From Zootoca vivipara (lineage: Eukaryota), in NCBI RefSeq assembly GCF_963506605.1, contig NC_083280.1, forward strand, positions 41,850,001 to 41,914,000: 64,000 nucleotides of DNA, given 5' to 3'. A program made the position numbers and the translations under genes. The notes below the pieces were generated by a model. That model saw only the letters and a list, made by a program, of their open reading frames with translations, was not told the origin of the DNA and searched no databases. Positions within the stretch are counted from its first letter, which is position 1. Each line of letters starts with the position of its first letter. Below, in pieces: positions 61,082 to 64,000 of this stretch.

Positions 61082-61888
61082 TAAAATAAGGCTTATTCAT
61101 TGGAGAGAGGAGGATCCTGCAGGTCTGTCTAGGTGCTAGGATGTGGCCTTTGTATTGAATGGATTCTGACATCTGGATCTGCCTCCTGGCTTACCAAGAT
61201 AGGCTCCCAACTAATAATAATAATAATAATTAATACCAGTCCATCACCATCAAGTCCCAGAGTGAGTTACAGCTTAAAATTCAGTATTAAAAACAGTTAA
61301 AACAAATTACAGTCACAGGAATAGGGTGGATTCATTAAAAGAAAACACACCATGATGGATGGGTCTTTTATAAAAGATACATTTTCCAAGAAAGAACAAA
61401 ACATATCAAACAAGGCCATACAGAAAGGTTCAAATTAAATCTTACAGTTTTCTTCAGAACTCTTCATTTGGCTAGATGGAAAGGGAAAAAGTTCTTCACC
61501 CCTTTTGAAGATTCCTGCTTGAAAGCTTACGTGCTATTTTGTGACGTTTTGGTTGGCCTAACGAAGGGTGATTCAGTGAGAATTACAGACACCTGGGCTG
61601 GATCTAGACACATCAAAGAAGCGATTCAGTTAAACACATTGTAAACTCATACTGGAAATCCTGTTGGGAAAGACCAGACTCCACAGTGCCATCTGGTGTC
61701 ACGGTGTTATATTGCATATACAGTGCATATAAAACACATTTTCTTTACCAATCTAGCTGAGTCCCTGGAAAGAGATGCTTGGATGTCCTAGAGAACAGTG
61801 GGATGTATTGGTGCAGAGGCACTTGTGTAATCTGTGTCCATGGGAACATTTCCCTGCTATTGACAGTGTGCTCTCTCTCTCATTCTAG

Positions 61889-62011
61889 GACAGTTTCCCA
61901 GCAGCTTTGTGGAACCCATGGAAGTTCCTGCTTTGAAACAAGGAGAAAAGCTGTTTGTTTGCACCAGCAATTTTACTTCCCAGGAGCCTGGCAGCCTCAC
62001 CTTGCAGAGAG
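61889..62011 (+). CDS. DNMBP: DNMBP exon 3
   Basis: GQFPSSFVEPMEVPALKQGEKLFVCTSNFTSQEPGSLTLQR(G); ttctag|...|gtactg. Confidence 0.94.
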
Positions 62012-62413
62012 GTACTGGTGGAATCCCTTGGGTAGTCAAAGAGGGGCCTGTTCAGCCTGGTCCTTCTCTCCAAGAGACCCCTTCCTAGTGTCTTCTTCCC
62101 CAGAACTCCAGCCACAACGATCCAAGGGCTTTTACTGCTGGCAACCTCATGCTCTGCTGGACTTGCCATGCCTGGGGTTGAGCTCTGAGCACCTAGAACA
62201 GAAAGAAAGTGCCCAGAATAGTTGCCCATGGCCCACCTTTCCTAGCCCTGCGATGCCCATTGTTGGCAAGGGCTGTCTAGATTGCTGTGAGCCCTTGATT
62301 GCTTTGGGGTTACTTATATCTCCTAGTGTTAGAACCCTGGCGGGTTCTAAGCAAGGGGTTGTTGTAGGTGACACCTTAGAAATCCCCTGACTTCATATGC
62401 TTTATCCCTGCAG

Positions 62414-64000
62414 GAGACCTTGTGATTCTAGATGGTTCTGCGTCTTCTCCTTGGCCCCAAGGCCGAAGCTGTTTGGGAGCCAGAGGCTTCTTCCCCTCAT
62501 CATGCGTGCGAGAACTCTGCCTCTCGGCCTTCGGTCCTCGATCGCCTTACGGCACCACCCTAGAGATGCCACCCTATGCCCTGGGCCAGGCCCGAGCGCT
62601 GATGAGCCTCTCAGCCCAGCTGGAAGAGGAGCTAGACTTCCGGGAAGGGGATATGATTACTATTGTGGGGGTCCCCGAGCCTGGATGGTTTGAAGGAGAG
62701 CTTGGGGGTCGCCAAGGTATCTTCCCTGAGGGGTTCGTAGAGCTTTTGGGTCCGCTAAAAGCCAAGGTTGGTCCAGAGGAGCCCACGACCTCAGAAATCC
62801 ACAGTGTTAATGGTGTGAAAGGAACATACCGTCAGCCTGAGGAGAAAGCATGGAGTGATGGCGAGGAGTTTCTGGGGCCTTATGGGATCGCTCTCTATCA
62901 GTTCCAAGCCCTGGAGTCTGCAGAGCTGAACTTTGAGGTGGGAGACAGGATTCGGATTCTGGACGTCCTGGAAGATGGTTGGCTGGAGGGGGAGCTTCGA
63001 GGGAGACGTGGCATCTTTCCTCACAGATTTGTGAGGTTGGAGGAGAGCAGCCCCCCAGCTAGGGAGAAATGGGAATCTGGGTGTCTGCCAAAGGACATGG
63101 ACCCTGAGGTGACCAGCACACCCAAAGCAGGTCCTCCTGCCATGTGGGAGGAGCCTGGACAGAGCCCGGCCTGCACTGAGGAGAAGCCTGGCTACCTTGC
63201 TTTACGTCATGAAGACCAGTTGGACTCTGAGCTCAAAGGGAATGAAATGCTCAGCCGCCCAAATGAAGGCTGCCTGGAATCTTTTCCGTCAGTTAGGTCA
63301 AGCTGTCCCTCTGTGGACCCTATCCAAGCCGTAAATGGAGTTTCCTTCATACCTCAGCCTGCTCTCCAGCCAAAGGGTCAACTCTGTGGTCAGGTGAGTA
63401 ACGCAGAGTCCAACCAGAGCTCAAGGACCTCATGGAGCCACCCAGAGGCTTGCAAGCCCTTGGAGTGGGGCAGAGAGGCTCACAGCCCTTCCCACAAGAA
63501 CATTCGCTGCGAGGACTTGGCTGCTTACGTGGACATCCAGCGGCGGAAGCCCAAATCCCGCTCTTCCAGCTTCAGTGGGACCCACGAGGGCCTGGACACT
63601 TGGCCTGTCTGTCGTGGTGCTCGGGTCGAGCGTCCCCAAGGGGTGCTCCATGGGGAGAGCTGTGGAGACCTCGATTCCAAACTGACAGAGCAGCTGGCTC
63701 AGTTTGAGCAGAGCCTGGCAGGCCCCATTAGCCATGGCAGCTGCGGGACCCCCCAGCACGATAGCACCTCCCGGCACTTTTCCATCCTGGATTTCAGCTC
63801 AGAGAAGGACATCGTACGCGGTTCAGTGGAGCACACTCCACCAAGGAGGAAGGTGCTACGGCCACCGCCTCCCCGGCCTAGCACCCCAGTCTCTGCCTCA
63901 CCTCATTCGCCTGCAGGCCACAGCCCCAAAACTACACCTCCCTCTCAGGCTCTGCCAACCTCTGTGAGGCCATCCAGGCCAGCGCCGCTTCCACCTCCCA
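62414..64000 (+). CDS. DNMBP: DNMBP large exon 4 (SH3-2 to SH3-4 plus linker), open to window end
   Basis: ctgcag|GDLVILDG...GQARALMSLSAQLEEELDFREGDMITIVGVPEPGWFEGELGGRQGIFPEGFVELL...YGIALYQFQALESAELNFEVGDRI...GIFPHRFVRL. No stop to 64000, which is why the ORF track lacks it. Confidence 0.95.

Larger units (their letters stand above)
58602..64000 (+). other. DNMBP: DNMBP (dynamin-binding protein, Tuba) coding span, truncated by window end
   Basis: join(58602..58746,61889..62011,62414..>64000). Four N-terminal SH3 domains, then a linker with DLDSKLTEQLAQFEQSL and RHFSILDFSSEKDIVRGS, and proline-rich RPPPPRP. Confidence 0.95.

Overview
Vertebrate genomic DNA, most likely a squamate (lacertid-type) lizard, judged from Sauria SINE, Squam3-like SINE, Bov-B, CR1, L2 and Penelope content. 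Three spliced genes lie in tandem on the + strand. (1) ENTPD1/CD39: coding exons 2-10 at 11049-20035; exon 1 was not identified. (2) CPN1: complete, 9 exons, 23547-37327, 454 aa. (3) DNMBP/Tuba, 5' part only: CpG-island promoter and non-coding exon 1 near 42.6-42.9 kb, coding from 58602 to the window end. Most of the supplied ORF track is spurious. Introns and intergenic DNA hold many transposons, many with intact target-site duplications (TSDs). The most notable observations are: a decayed retroviral env-like frame at about 190-1730 followed by unexplained coding-like sequence; two Penelope-derived minimal hammerhead ribozymes, one locked in a perfect 76-bp hairpin; two extra cysteines in the CD39 ectodomain; a 90-bp MITE with NF-kB and BANP-type motifs inserted at the DNMBP promoter; and an ENTPD1-CPN1 adjacency that does not exist in human. 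I found no convincing wholly new multi-gene system. All family names and comparisons with human sequences come from recall, not database searches.
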